DNA from: Amphiscolops sp. MND2022
Lineage: Eukaryota
NCBI GenBank assembly: GCA_964187785.1
Contig: OZ076409.1
Coordinates: forward strand, 56,296,001-56,360,000
Reading direction: 5' to 3'
DNA: 64,000 nucleotides
A program made the position numbers and the translations under genes. How positions within the stretch are numbered: position 1 is the stretch's first letter; each line of letters opens with the position of its first letter. Below the pieces are notes generated by a model. The model had not been told where the DNA came from. It saw only the letters and a program-made list of their open reading frames with translations, and made no database searches. Shown piece by piece: positions 38,330-50,800 of this stretch.

Positions 38330-41300
38330 TGTCATAAATGACTCATCAAACTACTATTTGAACTAACTGAAAAACGTTGTCTTCTAAATGCATGATTCAC
38401 TGGATTACCTAATACTGATGAGAAAAGACTGAAGATATCCCGGTTTCATTGACATCTTTTCTAACAAATGGCGCTCCTGGGAAAAAAAAGAACTTTATTG
38501 GAACCTTTACCCTTGCTGCATTAAAGAGAGTGCTTGGGTAGTTTTTTAAATCTTTTTTCGCAGCTTTCCGCGACAAAAAGGCTGAACATTTGTGTTTTTG
38601 TTTCTTTAGCTTAGTACATCAGGTCTCTGATTAGAGGAGATACAGTTTCAAGTGGTTCTCTCAGAAAGGAAACTTCTAAAATCAACAAACTCAGACTTCT
38701 CTAGGCAAGGAGGTTTACTCGAAGTTTTTTTTGGGTGTAAAGTCAACCTTGTAGATGGTCATATTCTCAAAAGTTCGGTAGAAACCAAAAACGTTGTGTC
38801 CGTCGCCGGTATCTCTACCATTGCATTCACAGCTGGTTTTTTAGGTCTAGGTGCGTCCTGATCCGTCCAGATCTCCATTTCGTTTTCCGGCTCTCGCTAG
38901 CGTCTTGGTTTTCGATCTACGTTTCGCGCGCTTCGTTTCTGTTCCGCGCACTAAAAAATCTACCGCTCCGGGATCTTTTTTTCTCAGACTCGACAGTGTG
39001 TTCGCCTTTCACGCATCTACGAACGGATAAAGCGAAATTCGTGTGCTGTTTTCAATCTACCACTAACCACAGAACAACGAAGATGGCCAACCTGAAAAAT
39101 CAGACCCTGCAGAATCAGTTCAAGCTGCACGACATCAAATTCACGAACTCATCCAACTATTTAGCATTTCAACTGGATCTCAATGGTACCCCAATGCAGC
39201 TGAATGAGATACTTGCAGCACTCAAAACAGTTGCTTCCAAACTTGAAAACCTTGCTGACAGCTCACATGACTCTTGATTACTTAGAGCCATACTTGCAGA
39301 AATCACCTGACGCATCAATCCTTGTCCTTCATTACGCAGACAAAATAAGATCTCGACAAACACAAAGAAACAATGTTTCCCTCAGAAGCCATCTTCCAGA
39401 CTCAGTTACGGGATCTCACCGCCACTTTGAAGAAGAAACGACATTCTCGATGTGACTGCCGCAAAACCTTGGTGTTACTTACAACAATATACTGACCGTA
39501 GTAACTTATGTGCTTGTGTACCTCCTTTTGAATCTTCCAACATACAAATGACTGATACTACTCAAGTAAGTCGAATCCAACCCGAGGAGTTCAAATTCGA
39601 CGAAGACCAAGGAACATTCATTCTGCCGCCCACGGAACAACAAACCATTCTCCCCGCAAACCTAACACAATCGCCACAACTCTATACAACAGCTAACCCA
39701 TACTACAACAGAGGTCACATCGCCTACAATAACAACTTCTTCAGTGTTTGCCATCAACTGTACCGTGCCAGCAACGCCGACAACGCAGAACCATTCTCTT
39801 CATCAAGGCCCGGATGCCCATCAACGCTTCCCACTAGAGCAATCAAACATTATCTCATCACAACCTATCATTTTAGCGCCATTCGTCCAACAGTTTCCAA
39901 CTCTCCACAACGTAGTGGGATGTGTTTTCCATCAAACACAGATTGCTCAAGCTTGTCTCAACTCCGCCAACCGCCCAACTGCTCCGTCTCCATATATCCC
40001 GGCTACTGCTTCGCTTGCTTTTCCTGTACAACCGAACCCAAACATATATACTACCGCTCAACCAGTATCACAGTCTGAAATGCAAAAATCACACTGGCGC
40101 TCCCATCCACCTCGGCAGTTTGTGAGTAATACATGCATCAAACTACCGCCAATCCGAACACCCAAATTCGATGGTGATCCACTTGCTTTCCACGATTGCA
40201 TTAATATCTTCAAGGCCTCCGTTAACGAAAACACTTCCATATCCCAAACACATCGATTTATTTATCTGCTGAACTCAGTCTGTGGAAAGGCTAAAGACCT
40301 TATTCGAGGTTATTCTTGTAATCCTGCATATTACATATTTGCCTTGGTTGAACTAGAATCTTGTTTTGGATCTCCACAACACATCGTCACTGCATACATA
40401 CACCGCCTTGAAAACTGTGCCCTCATCTCATCCCAGAACCCCCATACACTTGTTTCCTTCTTCACATTCCTGAAACAACTCGTCCAAACATTCATTATCC
40501 TCCGATTCACCGCGGATCTTCAATCGTCAACACTACTCACTATTGCTGAAGAGCAACATCCGCATAACTTCCTTCTCAAATGGACAGAACACACTGTCAA
40601 GAACAGCATTCTCTTCGCGAGTTTGCTTTGTATTCAGCAATGGCTGGAGATTCAAGCCAGAGTTCTTCAAACTGTTGAACCGAACCTCCCTCGACCAAGT
40701 AAACCATCATTCCCGCTCTCGGGATCATCGTCTCCTTCGCAAAACACCCAAAAGAAACAAATTGAATGTCCGCTCGGTCACCAACATCATTCGTCCACAA
40801 AGTCTCGGTTCCTCCATCCAAGATCGAACACAGCATGTTCAACGTTTGCATCACTGTTTCAACTGCCTCGGTCAGAGCCATTTGAAAAAAACTGCCATCA
40901 TCCAACCGCTGTTTCAAACCCAATCGCGGTCCACACCTTTGATTCCGAGACGCTACAACGTGAAAAAGACTTATCCGGACAAGCCACAACCTGCTCCGGC
41001 ATCCACGCAAACTACTGAAATCCGATCAAACGCCACAAATGCTGCAAAAGCAATTCACCAGAAAGGTTCTTCTAACAACTCTCGCCAACATCAGTTCAAC
41101 CCCTCACAGTTCATTGCTACTGCAAGTGTTGACCCAGGGAAGAAAAAGAAAACGCCTTTTGACCTCCTTCAAGTGATTCCTGTGTCTCTGCTCAATGGAG
41201 ACTAAGTTTTTGACACTTATGCCTAGATCGACCCTGGAAGCACACGAACATACGTCCTCGATAGCATCAGTCACTCTCTCGATTTAGAAACTGGACACGC

Positions 41301-44300
41301 ATTTGATTTAGATGTTCAGTTCATGAACTTGTCTCGTTCCTTTTCCGTCTGCCCCACAGCATCCAAAAATGCCCCCTACGTCGAAATGAATCACAATTCG
41401 AAGTCAAAAACGCCTATACAACCACTTGCTTCAACCTTCCCCCCGGCAAATATATCCGAACTGAATGGCATCTGCCAATCGAACTCAATGCTCCGCCACA
41501 TCAAATGCTCCGACATTGACAAAGGACGCATTGGCGTCCTTCTTGGAACATCGTGCGTACAGTTTACACACGCTTTAGAAAAGATCCGAAGATCCCCAAC
41601 CGACCTGATGGTCTCCACACTGAAGTCAGATGGACCACCGCCGGTGAGTTCATGCATCGGAAACGAGCAAAATCGTCCTTTAGAAAAAATTTCGTCTTTT
41701 TCGCCGCAACCGAAATCCACCAAAACGATGCCGATCGGATTCCACCTGACATGCTTGAACAATACTGGCCAGTTGAAAAAACCGTCAGTGAACCCACCGA
41801 ATCCTTCGTTTTCTCCGATGTCGACAAAGAAGCAATCCAAATACTTAAAAAAACGTGTCGCCACAACGGCCTACCGTGGAAAACTGACGATCACCTATCG
41901 AACAATTACTACCCGCCCTCAACCGTGTCCGTTCCCTCGAAAAACGTTTGATTCGCAATTGAACTAAAGAAAAGGTTCGACGAAACTGTTACCATTGATC
42001 TTGAGAAACACTACGTTAAGCCCGTTATAATGCTGAATCCGCGGCCTGAAAAAATTTGGTACTTACAGTAGAAAACCCTAACAAACCCGGCAAAGTCCGT
42101 CGCGTAGCAAATGCTGCCTCGAAGTACAAAAATGAATTTTTGAACTCCAATATTCTCGCAGGACCTGATCTTCTTGCAAACCTGCTTGAACTCATCCTCC
42201 GTTCCCCTGAACACGCCGTTGGTGTTCAGCCAATCTTGAAGCAATGTTCATGCAAATCGCAATCCACCCTGAAGATCAATCAGCCCTCTGCGTCCTTAAG
42301 ATGTCCGATAACCATGTACTCCAATAACAAAACACCCGCCTCATCTTTGGTGCCAACCGCTCGCTTCGCGCCTTATTTGTACTCCGTCGTTGCGCTCAAG
42401 ATCTTGCTTCCCAATTCCCTGACGTAATGCAAGCCGTGCTTAACAATTTTCATAAGGATGATTTCATCCAATCCTTTTCAACCCCAGCTGTCGCCCGCCG
42501 ATTGACAAAAGATCTACTTACCGTCCTCCAGCGTGGAGATTTCCGTCTTACAAAGTTCATCTCCAACAACAGTGATGCCCTGTCTTTCATTCCCGCCCAA
42601 GACCGTGTGAAATCTGCATCCGAAACAAAGGTTTTAGGTCAAACGTGGTGTCTTCGCACTGACTCATATACCGAACCGCCACCAAAGTCCGTTAATAATC
42701 CAACAGCACTCAGACAACGTTTCAGCCTGGTTTCATCAATATTCGACACGATCAATTTACTAATCCCGTTAGTGATCCAATTCAAGATAATTCTTCAATC
42801 TCTCTGGAAACTTGGGACCATGCTATTCCCGCTCACATTCAAACCTCCGTGAATAAACTCACTGATTGTTACCGCGCAATGCCGACCGTCTCCGTACCTA
42901 GCCGTGCTTTCCGATCAGCCACAACCGTGGAACTCCACAACTTCACAGACGTATCCAATTCCGCTTTCACCGCTGTCATTTATGCTCGCCATCCAACTTT
43001 TTCGCAAACCTCAGCTCAACAAGTCTTCGTCATCGGAAAGCACCGTGTCTCCCCGATTAAACAAAAAAGCATTCCAGAACTGGAACTTGAAGCCGCGGTC
43101 CTTGCAGTCCGTCTGCTCCGAATAGTCCGTAACGCATTTTCTTGCGCCTTCCCAGTTGTGAAGTTGTGGACCGCTACTTGTGTCGATTTGTACTGGATAC
43201 AGCGACGGAACAAACTTAAGAGTTTTGTCGCCCAAAAAGTCAATGAAATTACTCTACATTCTGACCCGCTCGACTGCAAATATGTTCCAACCAAACAAAG
43301 CCCTGCAGATCACGGTACCTGTGATCTCACCCCCAACGAAAGTTCCGCCAAATGAATCAAAGGTCCATCCTCTCTCAATGAATCGCGCGAATATTGGCCC
43401 AAACGAACATGTAAAGCCATCGTTATTCATCAAAAGTCAGTCTCTTTGACACTCAACGTTTCTCCACCTGGAGCAATCTACTAAAAGTCGCCGCCAACGT
43501 TTTCCGTTTCGTCCGTCGCCTGCGTTCACCGACTTCACCTTCAACACTGACCTCTGAAGACTTTCGCAAAGCCAATCATGCGCTTATCAAGCAATCTCAA
43601 TACCTCTCGTTTGCCTAAACTTTTGATCAACTGCGTCGAAACTTGAATCCGACCTCGCGCGACAAACTCATACCTTTCCGACCGTTCATCGATCAAGGTT
43701 CACTCTTGCGCTCTCATGGCCGCCTCGTATACTTGCCACTCGCAAGAACTTTGACCTGAACTACAAGCCTCTCTGAACGATGGGATTGCCGCTCTTCAGA
43801 AGAGAATTCCTCACGCTGAAGAAATCGTTGGGATTTTCATCCTCGTTCTGCGCTTCATTTTGGTGGTCACTTGGAAAGGGGAATCCAGACAGCAAAAAGA
43901 ACACTTCTGATTATCCTCGCATCTCAATAACTGAAGCTCGATTTTTTTCACGAAAATATTAATTGAAACCGAGCTGATGTTGAACTCGCGACCACTCACC
44001 CATGTCAACGACCAACCAGAAAACGAAGATCCTCTATCACCAAACCACTTCCTTCTAGACCGCCCATTCGCAAACTTACCACCCATTGTTTTTGAAGAAA
44101 GGTAAACCGCTGTCTTTCAATTCCTTGAAAAAAGTTCAAAAAGTTTCCAATCTTTTTTGGAAACGATTCTTGAAGGAGTGCTTGCCAACTTTGGATCGAC
44201 GACAGAACAAAGGAACGCCCTGTCTCAAAGTCAACGATATATCTTGGTTGCTGCAAGATTTCACTCCTCGAGGCATTTGGCCACTGTGAAAAATAACCGC

Positions 44301-44631
44301 CACCCACCCTGGAAAAGACGGAATTACCCGTTTGTGCACTGTTAAATTAGCATACGGAACTTTCGAACGCCCGGCAGTCTCGCTTTCCCCGGTTTTCTCC
44401 CCGTAACGAATCGTTCGCGCAATTATTTTTCTTCACCACATAGCTGCCTTGCCCCTCTCTCCTTCTTGCAGCTTGGGGGGGGGTGGTTGGTTTTGCCTGT
44501 CATAAATGACTCATCAAACTACTATTTGAACTAACTGAAAAACCTTGTCTACTAAATGTATGATTCACTGGATTACATAATACTGATGAGAAAAGATTGA
44601 AGATATCCCGCCTTGATAGATTTTTTCTAAA
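38330..44631 (+). mobile_element. BEL/Pao LTR retrotransposon with both LTRs and 5-bp TSD, frameshifted
   Basis: LTRs 38330-38466 and 44498-44631; TSD GCTAT (38325-38329, 44632-44636) with empty site TTTGCTATGTATCC in copy A; PBS TGGCGCTCCTGGG at 38469; G9 tract 44475-44483; gag KLPPIRTPKFDGD (DUF1759-like), CFNCLGQSH knuckle, protease IDPGSTRTY, RT GKVRRVANAA/LAGPDLL, Pao RNase H (ELHNFTD, IPELELEAA), C-terminal WKRFLKECLPTL/RGIWPL (DUF5641-like); integrase core largely deleted. Confidence 0.95.
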
Positions 44632-45050
44632 GCTATGTATCCAAATTTGAAACTTTTACTATTTCTTGGCTTTAAGCTTGTCGACATTTGACTTTTGGCA
44701 AATGATGCGAATTCTCGGCATCGATAGTATTCATGAGATAAAAGTGACAAGTTTCTGACGGCGAGCAGAAATAACGTTCAAATTCAAAACGGAAATCTAA
44801 AGCCATGACATACTTTATCAATTCTTTATCTTGGAAAGTGCGATTGTAGATGTGTTTCCTTCGACGTTATACCACGAACCAAGGATTATCTTTAGAAGTA
44901 ATCACTTCGATGTTTTGGCGTCGCTACTTGTCTGCCTGCAAATTTTTTATTTGGAAGAAAAGTGCCAATATAACAGATCCAAATGTGGAAATTAAATCAA
45001 ATTCACACGAAACTGGAAGTTCAGTCAAGTTCTTAAATACATGTGTTTAG

Positions 45051-45200
45051 GTGGCGATGTACAAAATGACAGACACAAGAAATAAATTCAAAAGTTACGA
45101 ATACTGGCCCGACGTGTCCAAGTGTGAAATCCACAACACAGTGGAACAATTGTCTCAAGGGGCATTCAGAGTGGTCTACAGGAAATGCCGTCCCAATTAG
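45051..45200 (+). CDS. Terminal exon 7 of methyltransferase copy B
   Basis: TTTAG|GTG; VAMYKMTDTRNKFKSYEYWPDVSKCEIHNTVEQLSQGAFRVVYRKCRPN*; co-linear with 5831-5980. Confidence 0.8.
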   Translation: MAMYKMTDTRNKFKSYEYWPDVSKCEIHNTVEQLSQGAFRVVYRKCRPN

Positions 45201-45419
45201 GTCCTCAATATACTCTTGAACAAGGCTCAAAAAGCGCAAATTTTCATTTGTATGCTCAGAGTGGCTCTCAACAGATTCCATGATATTTCAGAGTGCCAAA
45301 AACTATCATGAGAGAAGCCCACTGGGCTCGAAAAACGCTCTTCGTTAACAGAAAAATTCACAAACCTAAATCACGAACCTATGTCCTCTTACACCTTAAA
45401 AGGTTTTTTTTTCAGAACT

Positions 45420-47830
45420 GAAAACATGAAAAAAGCAAAAAGGTGAAATGATTTTGTTTTCGAAGAGCGTCGCATAGTGCCAAAAACCATATTGTAATCT
45501 AGGTTTGCGAAATGGAAAAAAGATTTTTACACTTACCGACAAATGTCTTGTACATGGCTGAATAAATCCAACTTCTTCAAAATGTTTGTTCTATGTCTTG
45601 TTTACTTGAATTGCAGAACTTTGGAAGACTTGGCATACGAATAAACTTTGAACTTTTGGCAACTCGTTTTTGTTTCACTGTGTTTTATCCGGTAAAAATT
45701 CTTTCGGGTTCAGCTCCCATTTCCAATCTTCGCTGCTTTTCCAAATGATTCCGAGGGAAAGACAAAATTTTGCTGATAATTGCAACTACTTTGTTGAATT
45801 GCTTGACAGCAGCTAAAAGGAACGTAACTGCAGTAAAAGTGACTGTTCATTGTAGCCCGTTTCCACGAAACGTTGGTTTTTTGTCCGTGATACTGTAGGT
45901 TGCGTTAGTTAACAACCCTGTCTTTCAATACCAATTTTTCAAAGTATTTTTCCCTGCTTTTAGTTGAAAAATAGCTATATTCAGCACTTTCATGACCTCA
46001 TTCACTTTGTTTAAACGCTCTTCATTTGCTCGTTTGGTTACATTCAAAATGCTACTAAAAAAAGTGTTTTTTTAAAATAGACATTAAAAACTCACAGGTT
46101 GTGACCCATCAACATCTGGAAGTCGGTAGACATGACTGTAAAGCCATTTTACACCGTAACGAAGCTATGCGTCACGGTGAAATTCCTTCCAAACAATTGA
46201 AAATTTGATGCTGGGTTGTTAACATTTGTACAGGTACTTATCCAATCGCGTAAGTGATATCTGCAGACAAAAACCATGCTACTTTGTTAGTTCTTCATCT
46301 TTTGGCTACCATGGACATCAAATTGAGCTCTACAATTTATTTATCTGGTATTTGTCTAAGCTTTTGATACATTCAAAGTACCTGCATTCAATTCAATTAT
46401 GACGGACATGTCTTTTTCGTACGTTATTACGGCTGGTGGAATAAACTGTCATTTTGAGAATTTCATCAAGTTTCTGAACTACCCCTTCTTTCAAAATCCT
46501 TGCATTTTAACCATTACTTTGATTTTGTAATCGAATTGTTATTCTGCGACATTTTTGTTGTGTGAAGTTAGCATTTTTTGTATTTTTTACGTTTTGTATA
46601 CTTTACCTTTCATGTCTTTTACTTTTTAACTAAGTTTTTCCCGGCAAACATTTTTATAATTTCCTGCATTAGTTGCTGACCCTCACGACCATTTAATCGG
46701 AATATACATTATTAACTTCATTGTTACAGTTAGTTGAATCATTACTTCCTTCGTACCTACATTTTTAAACGCACTGCTTGGTTTGGGTTTCGTAGCGCAA
46801 AGCAATTAGCCAATCACAACTCACTATCAAATTTTTGTTTCTAGCGCTACCAACGCTTTTGCTTTTCCGACTGTCATCCGCGCTTCATCTTATCGTACAA
46901 ATGGATATCCCAGCAGTTCAAGCGTTCTTTTCTAATATTCTATATGGCGTTTTTTTCTAAATGATGATGTTTTGTAACTCTTTCCTTGAAAATGCGGATA
47001 AAAATGAATCTACGTCGACAATGCCTTTGTATATAAAGCAAAAATAAAAACTAGCCATCAAGCCTTCCATAATGAAACGTTTCTTCCAATACCATCGACA
47101 TGAATTGCTCTACATCCTGCTCTTTATTCAGTCTCGTCTTTAATATTATCCACTTTTCTTGCTCTTTCTGAACAATTTTTCACTTTTAGTATCTCCTTTT
47201 GCATTTGTGGAAACGTGTTATCCTAATATTTTCCCAAATGCCTTGTTTTTGCACCGTTTGCAGTATTCATTTGTAGCCGGACAAACGTTTACCTGATTCA
47301 AGGTAAAGATAGATTCCTCGCATCTGAAACACTCCCACTGGTTACACTGGGGTTTAACTGGGAAATTGCTAATTTGGGAGCCTGTTCCAGGTTTTTTGGT
47401 TCGGTTCATAATTTTAATTTTTTGTTGTTCATGTGCAGTATGAGCTTGTTCAGCACCAATGTTGCGATAATTTGGCCAAAATTTCGATGTGCTGTTAGTC
47501 CGTTTAGAGCATGCCGGAAATGATGAAGCAATATGATACGGCTATACGTGTACGTGTTGAGAGAGGAATGTTTTCTAAATGCAAACTTATCCAGTAGACT
47601 TGAACTAATGGTGTTGGACTAAAACACCGTTGCTCCAACGACTTTCAAAGACTACATTCTGGCTACATGCTATCACTGCTACACCTCGAAGTAGCGCGTT
47701 CAGGCGAAGGCTGCTACGAAAGCATCGTCAGACAACCCGTAGACAACCCTTCACTATCCAATGCTGGAAAATCGTTCCTCGGTAATCAGCTTTCGAGCTA
47801 AATAGGTCCCGTCCTGAAGCACACAGACCA
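45420..47830 (-). mobile_element. Highly degenerate Gypsy gag-pro-RT-RNase H remnant
   Basis: Knuckle CFRCEE...CPATNEYCKRC at 47400-47230; RT remnants FIPPAVITYEKDMSVIIELNA and GFYS near 46450-46130 echo the element at 6540-8590; gag-protease part duplicated at 49951-51160. Confidence 0.65.
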
Positions 47831-50800
47831 ACCGACATGTCGGATTCCACTCACGAAATTTTCCACGAATGTCCAATATAAATGACACTCTTCCGGAAAA
47901 TGGACATGCGAGATTTTTTCTTGTCAAAATGTTGGAATTTTATAAGTAGTATCAACTCCATGTTACTGGTTTTCGGATTTGTAATATTTCATTTGTTTCA
48001 GCCTAGCATGTGAGTTGATTTGTCAAGAAAACGTCAATGTCTCTTGACTGGTTACATGTTCCATTTTTATCTGTCTTCAGGCTGAAATTCGTTCAAAATC
48101 ATTGTTGTATGCTGTGTATTTCAAGCTGAACGTCTGGCAAATGTAGGCATTTTTCTCATTTATCATCCATCAAGTTCCTTCAAATTAGCCTAACATAAAA
48201 AATTTTCTGATTGAATTACAGCTACATGAGGCGAAGGGTTTGTTTTTGCTTTCGGTATTAAGTATCTCTTTCATATTTTTCAGAGAAACCGTCCCGAGCC
48301 TAAATAAGAGACTTCAAATCCAAGTTAGCGGTTTTGGGCGCTGACTTGGGTTCATACCAGATCGCTCATTTTTATCATTTTAACGTGTCATCAGAACTGT
48401 GTTTTTTTAGTAAGGAACAAAGAAACTTGTCAGGTCTCTGGTCTACCCCGGAGGTGTGAGATTTACTTTCAACATTTTGTTCGATCAATTAACCACTTGG
48501 GTTAAACTGAATGATAATTGTTGTGGACTTTTCATCTCGTGTAATATTTTGATATTAAGTAACCACTATAACTTAGGTATTTGTTGGTAATTTTTGTCAA
48601 AGTATTTACGAAACAAAAGTATTTATATTTCAAGTATTTTTTGGCACTTTAGTTAGATTAAAACTATGGTACTTAATTCACAGAAGTAATTTACAGAACT
48701 TTTATGGAACTTTTTGAAACGATTTGCAGTTATAATGTTAAAAACTTTCAAGAAGCTCAAAATTGCTCTCAAGATTTTTTCGTATAAACTTTTGTAAATT
48801 AGAAAGAAACTTAAAAAAACACCAAAAACTTCAATTTATTAGAAGTAGGGAAAAATTTTCGACTACTTATGCAATCGAGTCGTTTTTCTTGTTTTTTTCT
48901 CCCGCTCTTTCAATGAAAACTCCAAATTTCTCAGAAATGTTTCATTAAATTTTCATAAAATTTTGCACAGTCATTCTACACCCAAAGGGACCCCAGCGAA
49001 TGAAAGGCTTATCGGTAGAAATTCGTTTTTTTATTCATCTTTTTTCTGCAGTTTTGCGAACTTTTTGAAACGATTTGCAGTTAGAACCTGAAAAACATTC
49101 AAGAAGCTCAAATTTGCTCTGCGGTAGGTTTTTTACGAATAAAATTTTGTAAATTAGAAAAAAAATTAAAAAACACAGAAAACTTTGATTTCTTCAGAAA
49201 CTCTCCATACGAATCGAACGAACTTTTCAATGTCATTCTACACCATATGATGGACAGTTTTGGGCAAGTTTAATAATTTCGTATGACTTGGACTCGAGAG
49301 AGTCAGAAGGAAAAAGACCTAATCCGACTTCTTTACAGCATTTGCGGCTCTGGTTTTTATTTTAGGGCCAATTTTGTCAAACTTTCGATGATATTCGTGA
49401 ATAGAAATGTATAAACCGTTCAATCAGGTAAGAATTTGTTGTCCAGTAGGCTTTTTTGGAAGACATAAGGCCAGCTATTCCGGAGAAACCGCCGCAATCA
49501 CACCAAAATTTCATAAATTTCCAGAATTTTCTACTTTTTTTAGGGTTTTGATGCAATCGTCGTCAAATTTTCGATAACATTTGTGGACGGGAACAAAATA
49601 AACATTCAACAACGGTCAAACTTGGTGTCTAATTGACTTCCCTAAAAACTTTCGTGATACAATTTTTCCACAACATGACTGCAAACATTTAAAAAAACAT
49701 TTTTTTGTGTTTTTTTCAACGCATTTTTATGACATTTACAAAGAATTCGGGGCTGCTTAGAACCACAAAACGGTTCAACATAAACTGAATTGGTTGTGCA
49801 GTACCCTTTTTGAGGTACTTTTTAACTTTTTAACTAAGTTTTTTAACTTTTTTAATGACATTTACAAAGAATTCGGGGCTGCTTAGAACTACAAAACGGT
49901 TCAACATAAACTGAATTGGTTGTGCAGTACCCTTTTTGAGGTACTTTTTAACTTTTTAACTAAGTTTTTCCCGGTAAACTTTTTTATAATTTCCTGCATT
50001 AGTTGCTGACCCTCACGACCATTTAATTGGAGTATACATTATTAACTTTATTGTTACAGTTAGTTGAATCATTACTTCCTTCGTACCTACATTTTTAAAC
50101 GCACTGCTTGGTTTGGGTTTCGTAGCGCAAAGCAATTAGCCAATCACAACTCACTATCAAATTTTTGTTTCTAGCGCTACCAACGCTTTTGCTTTTGCGA
50201 CTGTCATCCGCGCTTCATCTTATCGTACAAATGGATATCCCAGCAGTTCAAGCGTTCTTTTCTAATATCCTATATGGCTTTTTTTTCTAAATGATGATGT
50301 TTTGTAACTCTTTCGTTGAAAATGCGGATAAAACTGAATCTACGTCGACAATGCCTTTGTATATAAAGCAAAAATAAAAACTAGCCATCAAGCCTTCCAT
50401 AATGAAACGTTTCTTCCAATACCATCGACATGAATTGCTCTACATCCTGCTCTTTATTCAGTCTCGTCTTTAAAATTATCCACTTTTCTTGCTCTTTCTG
50501 AACAATCTTTCACTTTTAGTATCTCCTTTTGCATTTGTGGAAACGTGTTATCCTAATATTTTCCCAAATGCCTTGTTTTTGCACCGTTTGCAGTATTCAT
50601 TTGTAGCCGGACAAACGTTTACCTGATTCAAGGTAAAGATAGATTCCTCGCATCTGAAACACTCCCACTGGTTACACTGGGGTTTAACTGGGAAATTGCT
50701 AATTTGGGAGCCTGTTCCAGGTTTTTTGGTTCGGTTCATAATTTTAATTTCTTTGTTGTTCATGTGCAGTATGAGCTTGTTCAGCACCAATGTTTCGATA

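Larger units (their letters stand above)
13480..45200 (+). pseudogene. Methyltransferase copy B, whole locus: probably disabled or altered by a 16-bp deletion in exon 5
   Basis: Exons 13480-13615, 14608-14758 (duplicated at +2611), 28881-29046, 29394-29520, 29759-29933, 38040-38138, 45051-45200; substituting copy A exon 5 gives 1020 nt = 339 aa plus stop with consistent phases. Confidence 0.65.

Noticed and set aside
45500-46050. IS630/Tc1 transposase remnant
   Set aside because: Better explained as the RT-thumb/RNase H continuation of the adjacent Gypsy RT remnant on the same strand
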